DNA of 64,000 nucleotides from Candidatus Babeliales bacterium (GCA_963722075.1 CAVRJM010000001.1:480001-544000), one strand, 5' to 3'; shown: positions 1 to 10,842, counted from the stretch's first letter. Program-made: numbers and translations. Notes: generated by a model from the letters alone, not told the origin.

Positions 1-2
1 GT

Positions 3-824
3 TTTTATGCCGGCGAACAAACGCAAGACGATAATTTTGCGCAGCAGCTTGCTTCATGCGCTGATTATTATATTAATGATGCTTTTGCAACGTTACATCG
101 GCAAGATGTTTCAGTAAGTTTAGTGGCTCGTTATTTTCCAGAAGATAAAAAATCAATCGGGTTTTTAGTCAAAAAAGAGTTAGAAGCATTAGACACATTA
201 AAAAACGATCCGGCACATCCCTTTCTTTTAATTCTGGGTGGTGGAAAACCAGAAACTAAAATCTCCTTAATAAAAGGAATGCTGCCGTTAGCAGATTCTA
301 TTTTATTGTGCCCTGCCCTTGTTTTTACCTTTTTAGCCGCACAGCATAAAGAGGTAGGAAAATCGCTCATTGACGCTGCACAATTTGAGCAAGCAAAGCA
401 GCTTATGAATGAAGCACAAAAAAATAATATGTTTCATTTTCCCGTTGATTACCAAATTGCCTTAGATTCCATACATGGACCATTAGAAGTAGTGTCCTCA
501 GGTCAATTTCCACATAATGGAATCGGTATTGCAATTGGACCAGAAACAATAAAATTATGGCATCCATTAATACAAAATGCCCAAACAATTTTTTTTAATG
601 CAGCGATGGGATTTGCTCAACAACCACATACCCAAGAAGCACTTAAAACATTATTGCAATGTGTTGCGCAATCAGCAGCTTATAGCGTGGTAGGTGGCGG
701 GGATTCGGTAGCGGCAGTTCAGCGATATGGCCTTACCGCTCAGATCGATTTTCTTTCAACCGGTGGCGGTGCTACCCTTGCCTATCTGACTGGCAAGCAA
801 TTACTAGGATTACAATATCTTTAA
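3..824 (+). CDS. pgk: Phosphoglycerate kinase, 3' part (5' end outside window)
   Basis: Frame is open from position 3 (FYAGEQ...YINDAFATLHR). Motifs ILGGGK, IAIGPET, VVGGGDS and FLSTGGGA are present. Confidence 0.95.
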   Translation, partial: FYAGEQTQDDNFAQQLASCADYYINDAFATLHRQDVSVSLVARYFPEDKKSIGFLVKKELEALDTLKNDPAHPFLLILGGGKPETKISLIKGMLPLADSILLCPALVFTFLAAQHKEVGKSLIDAAQFEQAKQLMNEAQKNNMFHFPVDYQIALDSIHGPLEVVSSGQFPHNGIGIAIGPETIKLWHPLIQNAQTIFFNAAMGFAQQPHTQEALKTLLQCVAQSAAYSVVGGGDSVAAVQRYGLTAQIDFLSTGGGATLAYLTGKQLLGLQYL

Positions 825-1355
825 TTAAAATACGGGGCATAGACTCAATAAATGCAGCCCATTCATTAAATCATCATCTTGCCACTCGGCATGTCCGTTC
901 ATATTTTCATAAACAAATAACCCGTGATTATTATGCTTCATGGTCCAGCAAAAAAATTTAGGATTATCCATGCCTAATTCATCAGCTACCGCTTCTACAA
1001 CCTGATCTGCTTGCAAACAGCCCCGCTTAGGACTTGGCTTTAAAATTGAGCGTACCGATTTATTGAAAGGAGCTTTTTCCATATGGCGAGAAAAGGTATC
1101 AGCACTATCCCAAATTGCATCGCCATGCTCAAATGCTTGAGTATGTAAATACCCGGCAACCCCTTTTAAATGATCAAAATCAGGATTATCTACTAAATAG
1201 GTTGCTTTTGCTAAATTAAAACATGATTTACTTGCTAAATCATGAAGTACAAATTCAGTAATATTTTCCCTACCGTGAAGAGAAACTATTTTACCAGGCA
1301 TGCTCGATAAAAAAAGGGGAACTTTGTAATTTCTATTCTTATTATTTTTCTCCAT
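825..1355 (-). CDS. Hypothetical protein (possibly GAF-like alpha/beta fold)
   Basis: 176-aa ORF with an AAGGAAG RBS-like sequence upstream. No family recognised with certainty. Confidence 0.7.
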   Translation of the reverse strand: MEKNNKNRNYKVPLFLSSMPGKIVSLHGRENITEFVLHDLASKSCFNLAKATYLVDNPDFDHLKGVAGYLHTQAFEHGDAIWDSADTFSRHMEKAPFNKSVRSILKPSPKRGCLQADQVVEAVADELGMDNPKFFCWTMKHNNHGLFVYENMNGHAEWQDDDLMNGLHLLSLCPVF

Positions 1356-1559
1356 ACCGCTTCCTTTTTAGGTTTAGTATCCACTTTTGCTTCTGTAGAT
1401 CACCATACTATGTTAGAGCCTGATAAGCAATCAAATTTTAACAAGCGCGCATATATGCTTTATACTAAAGGGTACAGACCGTTGAAAATAATATAAAACT
1501 ACTAGTAGCATTAAAACTCATGCTATACTAGAAGAATAAACCATTTAATTGATAAATAT

Positions 1560-2618
1560 ATGATAAAAACTAAACAGTGGTATCCAACGTTATTTTTGTG
1601 TTTATTATTTTTATTTGCTCAGGGACGCAGTATACATCGGCCTATCGATCCACATGACCCTTTTATTACCGTATATTGGGTTCATGATTCAATAAAAAAA
1701 TATTATTTTCGCGATGCTCATTTACCTGAAGCTATTTTTAAACTTTATGAACCGGCATATTTTACCCAACGGCTACTTCCCAGTGGCCCAGTAAATTACC
1801 GCTATGAACCAGAAAAAACAGTTGCCGGAGCCACTCTATCAGCGCTTATTGAAGAACTCATCATTGAAATTAAAGGTCTTAAAAAAAGACAACGTAAAAT
1901 AGTATTTAAAAATTTTAACATGCTTAAAATACGTGATGTTAATAAAAAAAATCATACAGGCCTTTATGTGGTAGAATTTAAGGATTACCCATTCATTTTA
2001 AAACTGTTTGTAGAAACACCCGAAGGAATCGTAAAACCTACCGATAAAGGATTTGAACCTGTTTGCTTTTATTACTTAGCGGGATTAAGCAGACATTTTA
2101 ATGGATTTTCACGCATAAAAAATTTAGAAAATATAAAAAATATTATCCAAGCAGATCAACAATGGGCAACTAAAATCGGGTTTCCACGCAAGTGGTTTTG
2201 GCTGCCCACAAATCCTCAATGGATTACCATTGAAGGAACTAATATTGGAACTCAAAAGAATACCGTTACAACCATCCCCGCAATTTATGGCATCATTTGC
2301 GATAAAATCATTTGGCAAAAGCCCTTTACCTTATATGATCCGCAAGATCGTGAACAGGCTATTGCCTTAAGCAATTTTTTAGGCCAACGTATAGACTCGC
2401 ATATCAATAATTTTGGTATTGAAATACAAACGGGGCATATTGTTCCTATTGATTATGAACATTTTATAACGGCGGTTGGCATTGAAGAAAATTGTATTTG
2501 TAAGAACTATTTTGAATGGTATACCCATTTAACAGGCAAAATGGTAAAACGACTGCTGTTTCAAAATAAAGAGGATCGAAGAAAAGCCCAATATAAGCCA
2601 TTTAAACCAATTATATAA
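1560..2618 (+). CDS. Secreted hypothetical protein with atypical kinase-like motifs
   Basis: Hydrophobic N-terminal signal. FILKLF, DSHINN and IVPIDYE resemble the kinase Lys, catalytic loop and Mg-binding motifs. Confidence 0.6.
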   Translation: MIKTKQWYPTLFLCLLFLFAQGRSIHRPIDPHDPFITVYWVHDSIKKYYFRDAHLPEAIFKLYEPAYFTQRLLPSGPVNYRYEPEKTVAGATLSALIEELIIEIKGLKKRQRKIVFKNFNMLKIRDVNKKNHTGLYVVEFKDYPFILKLFVETPEGIVKPTDKGFEPVCFYYLAGLSRHFNGFSRIKNLENIKNIIQADQQWATKIGFPRKWFWLPTNPQWITIEGTNIGTQKNTVTTIPAIYGIICDKIIWQKPFTLYDPQDREQAIALSNFLGQRIDSHINNFGIEIQTGHIVPIDYEHFITAVGIEENCICKNYFEWYTHLTGKMVKRLLFQNKEDRRKAQYKPFKPII

Positions 2619-2622
2619 AAAA

Positions 2623-2650
2623 AAGAAGCACTCTAAATCGAGTGCTTCTT
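2623..2650. terminator. Hairpin terminator between convergent genes
   Basis: aagaagcactc-taaatc-gagtgcttctt perfect stem with an A-run on the left side. Confidence 0.75.
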
Positions 2651-2678
2651 GGTATTAAATTCAGGATACTATTATATA

Positions 2679-3686
2679 TTATATAATTCCACTTTTGAAG
2701 CTATCTACTAATCTTTGTTTTTCCTGTTCATTTTTTTGTTCTTCTTGTCTTTGATGCTCTTTAAGTAACTTCGCTCTTAAAGTGTTGCATTGCCATATTT
2801 CTTCACATTTTTTATCACTTAATAAAACATTCCATGAATTATCACAATTATCTGCAATTGAGACATCAGGCGCGCAAGCTAGAAGCGCATCAGCACATTC
2901 AAAAAAAGACTCTTTTTCATCTTCTTCTTTATCTGGATCTACCATAGCAACTTGTTTAACAAGCTTAAGCAGCGGTGTATCGCCTTTATTATTCTGTATA
3001 TTAACATTCGCCCCAGCTTGCAATAATAATTTCAGCGCTTCTAAGTTTTCAGTTTTAATTGCGTAATGTAATGGTGTATTTCCTCGAAAATCTTGCTTGT
3101 TAACATTTGCTCCCCAGCGAAGTAATGCGGTAACAGCATGCACAACTTTTTGCTTATGGTTATTATTATTAATATCAAAATCAGAGTAGCATTTTTTAGT
3201 AAGAATCCAATGAAGTAATTTATGAGATTTGTTATTATAAACATCTTTATTAACATCGGTAATTTTATATGCTGAATATCGTTTTAAAAATTTTTCTAAA
3301 ACTATAGGCTTTACTACAGATCTAGATCCATAATAATCCCTAAAATAATCCCCTAAAGCCGTTCTTGCAGGAATTTCAGTTATTAATTTTTCAATAGTTT
3401 CTTTTTTTGGCATTAAACTTTCAATATATCTATTGCGTGCTTGGGTAAATATGGCAGGTTTATGTAACTCATGCTCCCAAAGTATTTCAAATCCTTTAGC
3501 TAAATTATAAGCAATCTGTGATCTATTTTTTTGTTGATGCGTTCTTATTAATCCACTATATATTTTTGTAACTTCTGAAAATCTATTTAGACCTTGCTGT
3601 TGGTTTATAAAAGGAATCCAATCAACCCATCCGGCCGTTACGATTTGAAATGTCGTTAAAAAGGCGAATATAGTTATTTTTTTCAT
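2679..3686 (-). CDS. Secreted ankyrin-repeat protein
   Basis: GANVNKQDFRGNTPLHYA and GANVNIQNNKGDTPLL repeats. Start refined to MKKITIF (ATG at 3686, GAGG upstream). Confidence 0.9.
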   Translation of the reverse strand: MKKITIFAFLTTFQIVTAGWVDWIPFINQQQGLNRFSEVTKIYSGLIRTHQQKNRSQIAYNLAKGFEILWEHELHKPAIFTQARNRYIESLMPKKETIEKLITEIPARTALGDYFRDYYGSRSVVKPIVLEKFLKRYSAYKITDVNKDVYNNKSHKLLHWILTKKCYSDFDINNNNHKQKVVHAVTALLRWGANVNKQDFRGNTPLHYAIKTENLEALKLLLQAGANVNIQNNKGDTPLLKLVKQVAMVDPDKEEDEKESFFECADALLACAPDVSIADNCDNSWNVLLSDKKCEEIWQCNTLRAKLLKEHQRQEEQKNEQEKQRLVDSFKSGII

Positions 3687-3789
3687 ATTAATACCTCTAT
3701 TTTTCTTAATTATTTTATATATCAACACAACTTACTAATTGTCAAATATGTGCCCTGCTCAATTATAGGTCTTTTCTCCCCACCCTATT

Positions 3790-5205
3790 TTATTCAAACC
3801 ACATAGATTTAGTTAAATCTGTCTGATTTAAAGTGGATTGATTTAAAGAAGAACTGGAACTTGCCGAAGAAGTCGAACTCGATGGTATAAAGTTACCAGG
3901 GATCATACAAAAATCGCTACTATCATTTAAATTGTTAAGTAGATTATTAATCGAATTTTCATAATTCATAATATCAGCACGAATGGTATCTGGATAAGTT
4001 CTACTGGTATATCGTTTAGTTTTTTCTAAAATAGATCTAACGCTATCTCCCTTACTATCCTTTAAGTCAAAATTAAGAATAGGTCTATAAGAAGTATTAA
4101 GCATTACATTTATACATTTTGCGTAATCGACATTCATTCGACTAAATGGATCATTATTTACATGTGCAGACTTATCATCAGCAGCTTGTAGGGTTTCAAT
4201 AGCCTTAATAGCAAATAATAAAGGTGTTTCTTCTTTATTATTTTGAATATTTGCATTAGCCCCTTTTTCTAATAATAATTTTACTGCGGCATGATTTTCA
4301 TGCTTCATTGCATAATGTAATGGCGTATTTCCTCTACCATCCTGTCCATTTACATCCGCTCCTGCTTCAATTAATATTTTTATCGCATTTAAACTATGTT
4401 TATTTTTTAAAGCCATATGCAAAGGCATTCGCTCTCTATAATCCTTCTTATTTACTTCAGCGCCCCATTTTATGAGCGCATAAGTAAATAATTCAAGCTT
4501 TTCTTTTCTTTTAGATAAATTACCGGTTAAAAATTTATTGCTGAATATAAAATGTAACCATGAAGTTGCTTTAAAACTTCTACTTCCCTCAACTAATTGA
4601 TTTTCTCGAGGAACTTCATTTACATTGCCAATTTGATATCGTTTTGGAAAATTATCAATTACTACATCCAAATGCCTTCCTTTTTTTACATTTAATAATG
4701 CATTTAACGCAATCAATACGGGATATTGTCTTTTGTCAGCATTTTCATTTTTTATAGACTGGCATTTGATCAACGCTTCAGTTGGCGATTTTTTTGGCCT
4801 TTTGTTTTTTGATATGTTTTTTCCTGTATATAATGGTGTAGGTTCGTACAATGAACGAACATGGCTATGAGATTTTTCATGAGAGGTTTTTATATCTTCT
4901 TTGATATCGTTTTTTTGCTTATCAACCCATGGAGCATTATAAAACCCTTTTAGTAATTCCCACGCAGGACGACGCCAATTTTTTTTCTCATCATTAATTT
5001 TTTCAGATACATCATCTAGGCTTTGAATAGCTTGATCATTCGATTTAAGTGCAGAATTAATCTGATATTGTTGAGCATACTTAAATGGGCTTGATAATTG
5101 ATAGGCGACTTCTTTCATCCCCAAAAGTGTTATCCAACTATTAGATTGCTCACCATTGACTAGTTGAAATCCTATTAAAACAGTTAAAAATGCTATTTTT
5201 TTCAT
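3790..5205 (-). CDS. Secreted ankyrin-repeat protein, paralog of 2679..3686
   Basis: GAEVNKKD..MPLHMA, GADVNGQDGRGNTPLHYA and GANANIQNNKEETPL repeats. Signal peptide MKKIAFLTVL and a Ser-rich tail. Confidence 0.9.
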   Translation of the reverse strand: MKKIAFLTVLIGFQLVNGEQSNSWITLLGMKEVAYQLSSPFKYAQQYQINSALKSNDQAIQSLDDVSEKINDEKKNWRRPAWELLKGFYNAPWVDKQKNDIKEDIKTSHEKSHSHVRSLYEPTPLYTGKNISKNKRPKKSPTEALIKCQSIKNENADKRQYPVLIALNALLNVKKGRHLDVVIDNFPKRYQIGNVNEVPRENQLVEGSRSFKATSWLHFIFSNKFLTGNLSKRKEKLELFTYALIKWGAEVNKKDYRERMPLHMALKNKHSLNAIKILIEAGADVNGQDGRGNTPLHYAMKHENHAAVKLLLEKGANANIQNNKEETPLLFAIKAIETLQAADDKSAHVNNDPFSRMNVDYAKCINVMLNTSYRPILNFDLKDSKGDSVRSILEKTKRYTSRTYPDTIRADIMNYENSINNLLNNLNDSSDFCMIPGNFIPSSSTSSASSSSSLNQSTLNQTDLTKSMWFE

Positions 5206-5241
5206 ATAAATACCCTCAATTCTATTAGAATTATTTTACTT

Positions 5242-5272
5242 ATACAATACAGCATAATTTACTAATTGTCAA
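5242..5272 (-). promoter_or_regulatory. Sigma70-like promoter of the ankyrin gene
   Basis: Minus strand TTGACA-17 nt-TATTGT with a TG extension. The same TATTTGACAATTAGTAA core lies upstream of the paralog at about 3732-3748. Confidence 0.55.
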
Positions 5273-5296
5273 ATAAGAACAGGGGTAATTATAGGT

Positions 5297-7306
5297 TTAT
5301 GCAGCGGTAGTTGTGGTAAGCACAGCCATCTGATTAAGTGCTTTGCCAATGTTAGCGTGAAGCTCATTATGTTCAAAAGCATCTAACAGTTCTTTTTTAG
5401 TGGTATCGTAAAATGCTTTATATTTAGTAACTGCCTTTTGACTCATAACCGCTAAAGAATTTAAGCTCGGTTCTTCATGCCCCTGCATATAGCGACCATG
5501 AGCAGAAAAATATGCCCCTTCTTTATTCTTAAAGAAGATTCTAACTAATGAATCTCCCTCTATTTGCACCAGCATGTCATATACCGTTACTGCATTATCA
5601 CCAGCATTGAGGATTTTTGCCTCAACTGAATCAGGATCATTGGCAAGAACAAACTCATTAATAAGATACGATTTATTAAAACAGCTCAGTGACAGCGGCC
5701 AAAAGCCTTTTAATAAATCGATAGCATAATATTGAGGCGCTTCAATCTTTTCAATATAGTGAGATGCGCAGCCAGGTAAAACCGAAATAAAGCGAGGATA
5801 AGGGGTATTATTCGTAGATTTAATAATAAGGGGAACCGATATTACCGGTGATTCTATTAATACATTATAATGATCGGTGATTTGTATGGGTAATTGTAAT
5901 TGCTGTTTTAAGCACGCCAATAACGGACTGATTTTAAATACCGTAGAGCTTTGATAAATCATAAAATGAGTACCATTTATAGGACGTATATTAGGCTCTG
6001 TTTCAATAAATTGCGGACTAATAAGCCGCCATATTTCATTATTAGCTAATTTTTCTACTTCATTAATTTTATCAATACGATTAATCATGCTAAAAAACTT
6101 TTTAATGTTAATATTAAGGAGCAATTTTAATGACCACATATTTGATAGCTGATCTAGTTCATAATAATCAATATTAAACTTATTTTCCTCTACTATTGGT
6201 AAAACAAATCCGCTATTAGTGCAATACGTAGGAATATCGGTACTATTATTAATAATAATAGGAAAATTAAAGCAATCTGGTTTGCCATCAGTGCAATATG
6301 GTTCATCCAAATGAGCTCCTGCACCAAAACAAGTAGAATAACCAAAAACGCCCATAGTAATTTTATTATTCATAAAAAGCAGAAACTTTTTAAATTCACT
6401 CACCGATAAATTACCGATTAATTCAAATTTTTCATTATTATTAGGATAAATCGGCTCCATGTTATACCCATGGCCAACTAAAAATATATCCCAGATATAT
6501 TGTGCCTTACTTCTAAATGGTGAAATAAAGATACGCTCTATTGCCGTTAAAAAATCGCCCTCTGGGCGAGCCGTTGGTTCAAAACTAACAAGCGAACTAT
6601 CACACGGATCATCAACTCGTTCCAATGAGTTCACAGATAACCCTAAAAGTTGTTCATAGTCTTTACCGGCTAACGGAACTTCTTGATTATTATTTTTTTT
6701 TGCCAATTTTTGTATATAGTTCTTTGGTATAAATAGATAATAAAAATCAGTTACTTGATATACATCCCAATCTGCTTCATTAAATTCAAATAAATAAAAA
6801 TTAAAATTAACATACAACTCTTCATTATTATCTTGTGGCAACAGCTTTTCATCTTTGAGTTGTGTTAATGCGTTCTCATTACAAAATTCTTCAGTGATCT
6901 GATCAGATACTAATAATTTAATATCGGAAAAATTAGTCGTTTGTTTTTTAAAAAAATCAGTCCAGATGTTTAATTTATTAAGTATTGCCTCATGATGAGC
7001 CTTTAATTTTGCTTCTTTAGTATTGGGTATTTGAGAGCGTAAAGAGAATTCTTGTTTACGTTCAAGGAAATTTCTCCATATACACGTAGATACAAGCATT
7101 GGAACTGATTTTTGATGAAGTGCCGCAGTCAAAAAAGCAGAAGCAAACAATCGTTGACTTGATGAACCAATACGTTCAACATTTTGACTGTTCAATATCA
7201 ACAAGTTTCTTTGCTCTTTGTTTATTTGAGTTGCATTAATTTTTGTATAAGCTGCTGAAATAAAAAAAATAAAAGAAAAAAAACGTAGGGTTAAATACAT
7301 TTTCAT
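5297..7306 (-). CDS. Secreted hypothetical protein, possible clan CD (caspase/C80-like) cysteine peptidase domain
   Basis: Signal peptide. WDIFLVGHG and GVFGYSTCFG give a His/Cys dyad-like spacing. Confidence 0.55.
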   Translation of the reverse strand: MKMYLTLRFFSFIFFISAAYTKINATQINKEQRNLLILNSQNVERIGSSSQRLFASAFLTAALHQKSVPMLVSTCIWRNFLERKQEFSLRSQIPNTKEAKLKAHHEAILNKLNIWTDFFKKQTTNFSDIKLLVSDQITEEFCNENALTQLKDEKLLPQDNNEELYVNFNFYLFEFNEADWDVYQVTDFYYLFIPKNYIQKLAKKNNNQEVPLAGKDYEQLLGLSVNSLERVDDPCDSSLVSFEPTARPEGDFLTAIERIFISPFRSKAQYIWDIFLVGHGYNMEPIYPNNNEKFELIGNLSVSEFKKFLLFMNNKITMGVFGYSTCFGAGAHLDEPYCTDGKPDCFNFPIIINNSTDIPTYCTNSGFVLPIVEENKFNIDYYELDQLSNMWSLKLLLNINIKKFFSMINRIDKINEVEKLANNEIWRLISPQFIETEPNIRPINGTHFMIYQSSTVFKISPLLACLKQQLQLPIQITDHYNVLIESPVISVPLIIKSTNNTPYPRFISVLPGCASHYIEKIEAPQYYAIDLLKGFWPLSLSCFNKSYLINEFVLANDPDSVEAKILNAGDNAVTVYDMLVQIEGDSLVRIFFKNKEGAYFSAHGRYMQGHEEPSLNSLAVMSQKAVTKYKAFYDTTKKELLDAFEHNELHANIGKALNQMAVLTTTTAA

Positions 7307-7413
7307 GTTATAAGGCCACCATTTAATAATTTAGAAAGAATAAGCATTATTTATTATAATAATACAAAATTTTAATAATACAAACATTTATTGATTTATA
7401 TTTCAAATTGAAT

Positions 7414-7920
7414 TTATGCCACTTCTTTGGTACGCCAATTTTCCATCCAATGAACACAACGCTGTGTTACATGCCTTGTATATGTTTTAAATTTATTCCA
7501 CATATTTGAGTGCGCCAATGCTCGTTCTTTTAAGAATTCCTCATAGGCTGCATAGCGGGTTAAAAAAAGACGTATATCTTTGAGCTGATCTGCTTGGGCA
7601 ACCTTTTCATCTCGTTCATAAAAAGCGTATGGTTTTAGTTGTTGTGCCCATTCCGGATGTTTAATTTCTAAACTATGCAGTGCGGTTTCACGGATTTTTT
7701 GTAGTTCATTTTTTTTATTTGTTTGGGATAGTTTCTCTAATTTATGAATATACCCATTTTTCTTTTCACTCACGCCAAGATAGAATTGTTTGAATTCAGG
7801 GGCATCATCTGGCGCAACTATTCGTTTTATAAACCCATCAACTGTTTTATCAATAAAATCTAGTGAATATAATGGATAGAAAAAAAATAAGAATAATAAA
7901 AAATGTAATTTGGCTTTCAT
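7414..7920 (-). CDS. Secreted hypothetical protein
   Basis: 168-aa ORF with a signal peptide, 12 nt downstream of dnaA, with an AAGGGA RBS. Confidence 0.7.
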   Translation of the reverse strand: MKAKLHFLLFLFFFYPLYSLDFIDKTVDGFIKRIVAPDDAPEFKQFYLGVSEKKNGYIHKLEKLSQTNKKNELQKIRETALHSLEIKHPEWAQQLKPYAFYERDEKVAQADQLKDIRLFLTRYAAYEEFLKERALAHSNMWNKFKTYTRHVTQRCVHWMENWRTKEVA

Positions 7921-7932
7921 AATAGTCCCTTC

Positions 7933-9321
7933 TTATCGATTGATTTCTTGTTCCAATCTTTTTATCTCTTTATTGAAGGTTACATCATTTTGTAAGTAAT
8001 TTTCTATCTTATTGATTGCATGAAGTACCGTAGTATGATCTTTCCTCCCCAAAAAAAGGCCTATTTCATGCAATGATTTGTTTGTTAATTTTTTCATAAG
8101 ATACATAGCAAGCTGCCTCACTAAAGATAATTTTTTATCACGACCTTGAGAACGCAGATCTTGTAAAGAATAGGAATAATGTTTTGTTAAACATTTAATT
8201 ATTCTATTAAAATCTACTATTATTTCTTTAGCTTCATTATTGCGCATTAATAATTTTTTACTGAGTTCTATGGTAATCGGTTGATTGGTAAGCGCCGCAT
8301 ATGCCGTAATGCGAATCAAGGCCCCTTCTAATTCACGAATATTAGACATCACCCGTGCTGCAATAAAATAGAGCACGTCATCCGATATTTCTTGATTTTG
8401 CATTTCAAGTTTTCTTTTTAAAATCGCTATTTTGGTTTCAGTCGTAGGTACCTGAATATCGGTTACCAATCCCCATTCAAAGCGAGAACGTAATCGTTCA
8501 GCAAGACCGTTAATACAGGCAGGATCTGAATCACTTGAAAATACAATTTGTTTATGTGATTCATAGAGCATATTAAAAATATGAAAAAATGCTTCTTGGG
8601 TTTGTTCTTTATTAGAAATAAATTGTACATCGTCAATAAGTAAGACATCAATCTCAGTATATTTTTCTTTAAATTGAGAAACTTTATCAAATCGAATAGC
8701 ATTTATAAATTCATTAACAAAATGATCAGCGGTTTGATACAAAATTTCAGTTTTTTTATTGCGCAATTTAATTTCATTACCAATAGCATGTAATAGATGT
8801 GTTTTACCAAGACCTGATCCGCCATAAATGAATAGCGGGTTATACAGTTTTCCGATTTTTTCAGTTACGGCATGAGCTGCTGCATAGGCCAATTGATTGC
8901 TGGGGCCTACCACAAAACTATCAAATTGATAATTTTTATTAATATAACTTTTTTGTTTTTCATAATGCTTTTTTAACGAACTATTTTTTTTTATCGTAAT
9001 ACTAAAATCACGTGTAGCAACTGCTGGTATAATAGCAGGCTCTGTACCTGCTGCCATTTTCTCATCAGGATAATGATTATCAAGAAAAATAACACTTATT
9101 TTATCAACATTTAATAATCTGCTCAGATGTTGCTGAAATAAATTAAGATAATTAGATTTGATCCATTCTTTAATGAATAGGTTTGGTGCTTTAAGATACA
9201 CAATTTTTTCAAATGCATCCCATTGTGACAAGCAGACCGCTTTGAACCAAGTATGAACTACATGGCTCCCCGCTTCTTGAGCAACAATTTTTAAAAATTC
9301 TTCCCAAATTGAATCAATCAC
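7933..9321 (-). CDS. dnaA: Chromosomal replication initiator DnaA
   Basis: YNPLFIYGGSGLGKTHLLHA, LLIDDVQF, RLRSRFEWGL, NIRELEGAL and the helix-turn-helix GRKDHTTVLHA. Confidence 0.98.
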   Translation of the reverse strand: MIDSIWEEFLKIVAQEAGSHVVHTWFKAVCLSQWDAFEKIVYLKAPNLFIKEWIKSNYLNLFQQHLSRLLNVDKISVIFLDNHYPDEKMAAGTEPAIIPAVATRDFSITIKKNSSLKKHYEKQKSYINKNYQFDSFVVGPSNQLAYAAAHAVTEKIGKLYNPLFIYGGSGLGKTHLLHAIGNEIKLRNKKTEILYQTADHFVNEFINAIRFDKVSQFKEKYTEIDVLLIDDVQFISNKEQTQEAFFHIFNMLYESHKQIVFSSDSDPACINGLAERLRSRFEWGLVTDIQVPTTETKIAILKRKLEMQNQEISDDVLYFIAARVMSNIRELEGALIRITAYAALTNQPITIELSKKLLMRNNEAKEIIVDFNRIIKCLTKHYSYSLQDLRSQGRDKKLSLVRQLAMYLMKKLTNKSLHEIGLFLGRKDHTTVLHAINKIENYLQNDVTFNKEIKRLEQEINR

Positions 9322-9468
9322 AATAACAACACTCTAAAAAGGATCAAAAAGACATTACTATACTATGAATTCATTATTACTTTACTTTAGCAAATCAACA
9401 TTTTTTGAGGAAGTCTAGAATTTAAAAAAAATTAAAAAAAGAGATAAAGAAAACCAAAAGTTTATTAA

Positions 9469-10587
9469 TTAGACCCGGCATTGTTTTAGATAATTTATGA
9501 TACCTTTTGCAATTGCCTGCGCTAAGATCATTTGATATTTTTCATCTACAAGGAGTTTTGTTTCTTGAAGATTCGAAAGAAATCCTATTTCAATTAATGC
9601 TGCCGGTACCAACATATCAATACCCAACAAAACTTGCGCTACCGATGTTTTCACCGTACGATCATTCACCTTATATACTTTTTGAGCTGCTGCTATTACT
9701 TCACTATGTACCGCTTGGGCAAATAAAGAGCTTAGCCTATTACGCATTGCTCGTAATTGATCAACATGTTGATGTGATAAAGACCCCATGCGTTTTAACA
9801 AGCTACTATCTAACCAATAGGTTTCAATACCACACGCATTTTGTGAGCCTGCATTTGCATGAATAGAAAGAAATAAATCAACTTTTTTTTTATTAGTTAA
9901 CGTCGTTCTTTCATCTAATGCAACAAATGAATCATCAGCACGCGTTAATAATACATCACAACCATTTTTATGTAAAACCTGTGCTACTTTCTTTCCCACT
10001 TGTAAGTTGATTTCTTTTTCTTGAATATTCAAACAACCCACTTTTCCTTCATCACAACCGCCATGTCCTAAATCTAACATTATTTTGGGTTTTTTATTTT
10101 TCTGCAAATTCATCGCATATTGCAATAATGGATCAGTAGTTAGTTTTATTTTCGATAATACATTTTTATTATGAAGTGAAAAAACCATTCCTTTATTGCC
10201 CGTAATTGCATTAAATGATTGATACTCATAGAAAATAGTTTCTGGATCATAATTAAGCGTAATTTTTATTCCTTTAATAGGGGTTTTTACCTCTTGAAAT
10301 GAAATCGTATAATGATTCGATTTTGTTTGATGTAATTTTTTTAACATATCCTTTGCTTCAATGCTTGCAATACTGGTTCTTGGCAAAAAAAATATTGCCT
10401 GCGAACTTTTTTTTTCGGTAGGTTTTTGTGGCAATTGATTACAAATGGGGTCTTGTGAAAAATAACAGACCACATGATCGGTAACCGTTCCCTTATGATA
10501 ATAAATTTTGGTGATCTCATTGGATTGTTGCGCGGCTACAGAAATAAAATGCCAAAGCAGTATACCGTACATATATCTTAATTTCAT
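9469..10587 (-). CDS. N-acetylmuramoyl-L-alanine amidase (Amidase_3, AmiA/AmiC-like)
   Basis: MLDLGHGG, EKEINL, FLSIHAN, GIETY and ALIEIGFLSN. Signal peptide present; start MKLRY follows GAGGGG. Confidence 0.92.
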   Translation of the reverse strand: MKLRYMYGILLWHFISVAAQQSNEITKIYYHKGTVTDHVVCYFSQDPICNQLPQKPTEKKSSQAIFFLPRTSIASIEAKDMLKKLHQTKSNHYTISFQEVKTPIKGIKITLNYDPETIFYEYQSFNAITGNKGMVFSLHNKNVLSKIKLTTDPLLQYAMNLQKNKKPKIMLDLGHGGCDEGKVGCLNIQEKEINLQVGKKVAQVLHKNGCDVLLTRADDSFVALDERTTLTNKKKVDLFLSIHANAGSQNACGIETYWLDSSLLKRMGSLSHQHVDQLRAMRNRLSSLFAQAVHSEVIAAAQKVYKVNDRTVKTSVAQVLLGIDMLVPAALIEIGFLSNLQETKLLVDEKYQMILAQAIAKGIINYLKQCRV

Positions 10588-10842
10588 GACCGTTCCCCTC
10601 ATAAAACAAATTAATAATAGACATAAGATATATTTAAGGTATCAACTTTTATTTCAAACAGTCAATAAATTTGGCAGATAAGTACTTTTCTTGGGAGGTG
10701 AATGAAAACAAATAATAGGTGATTAAGCAAAAGACGTCGTTGCGATCTTATTGGATTTCTCCAAGGCCACTTGGAACTCGGGCAAACGCACCAAATGTTA
10801 CGCGATAAATTAAAATGAAGAATATTAATTTGGCCTTGAGCC

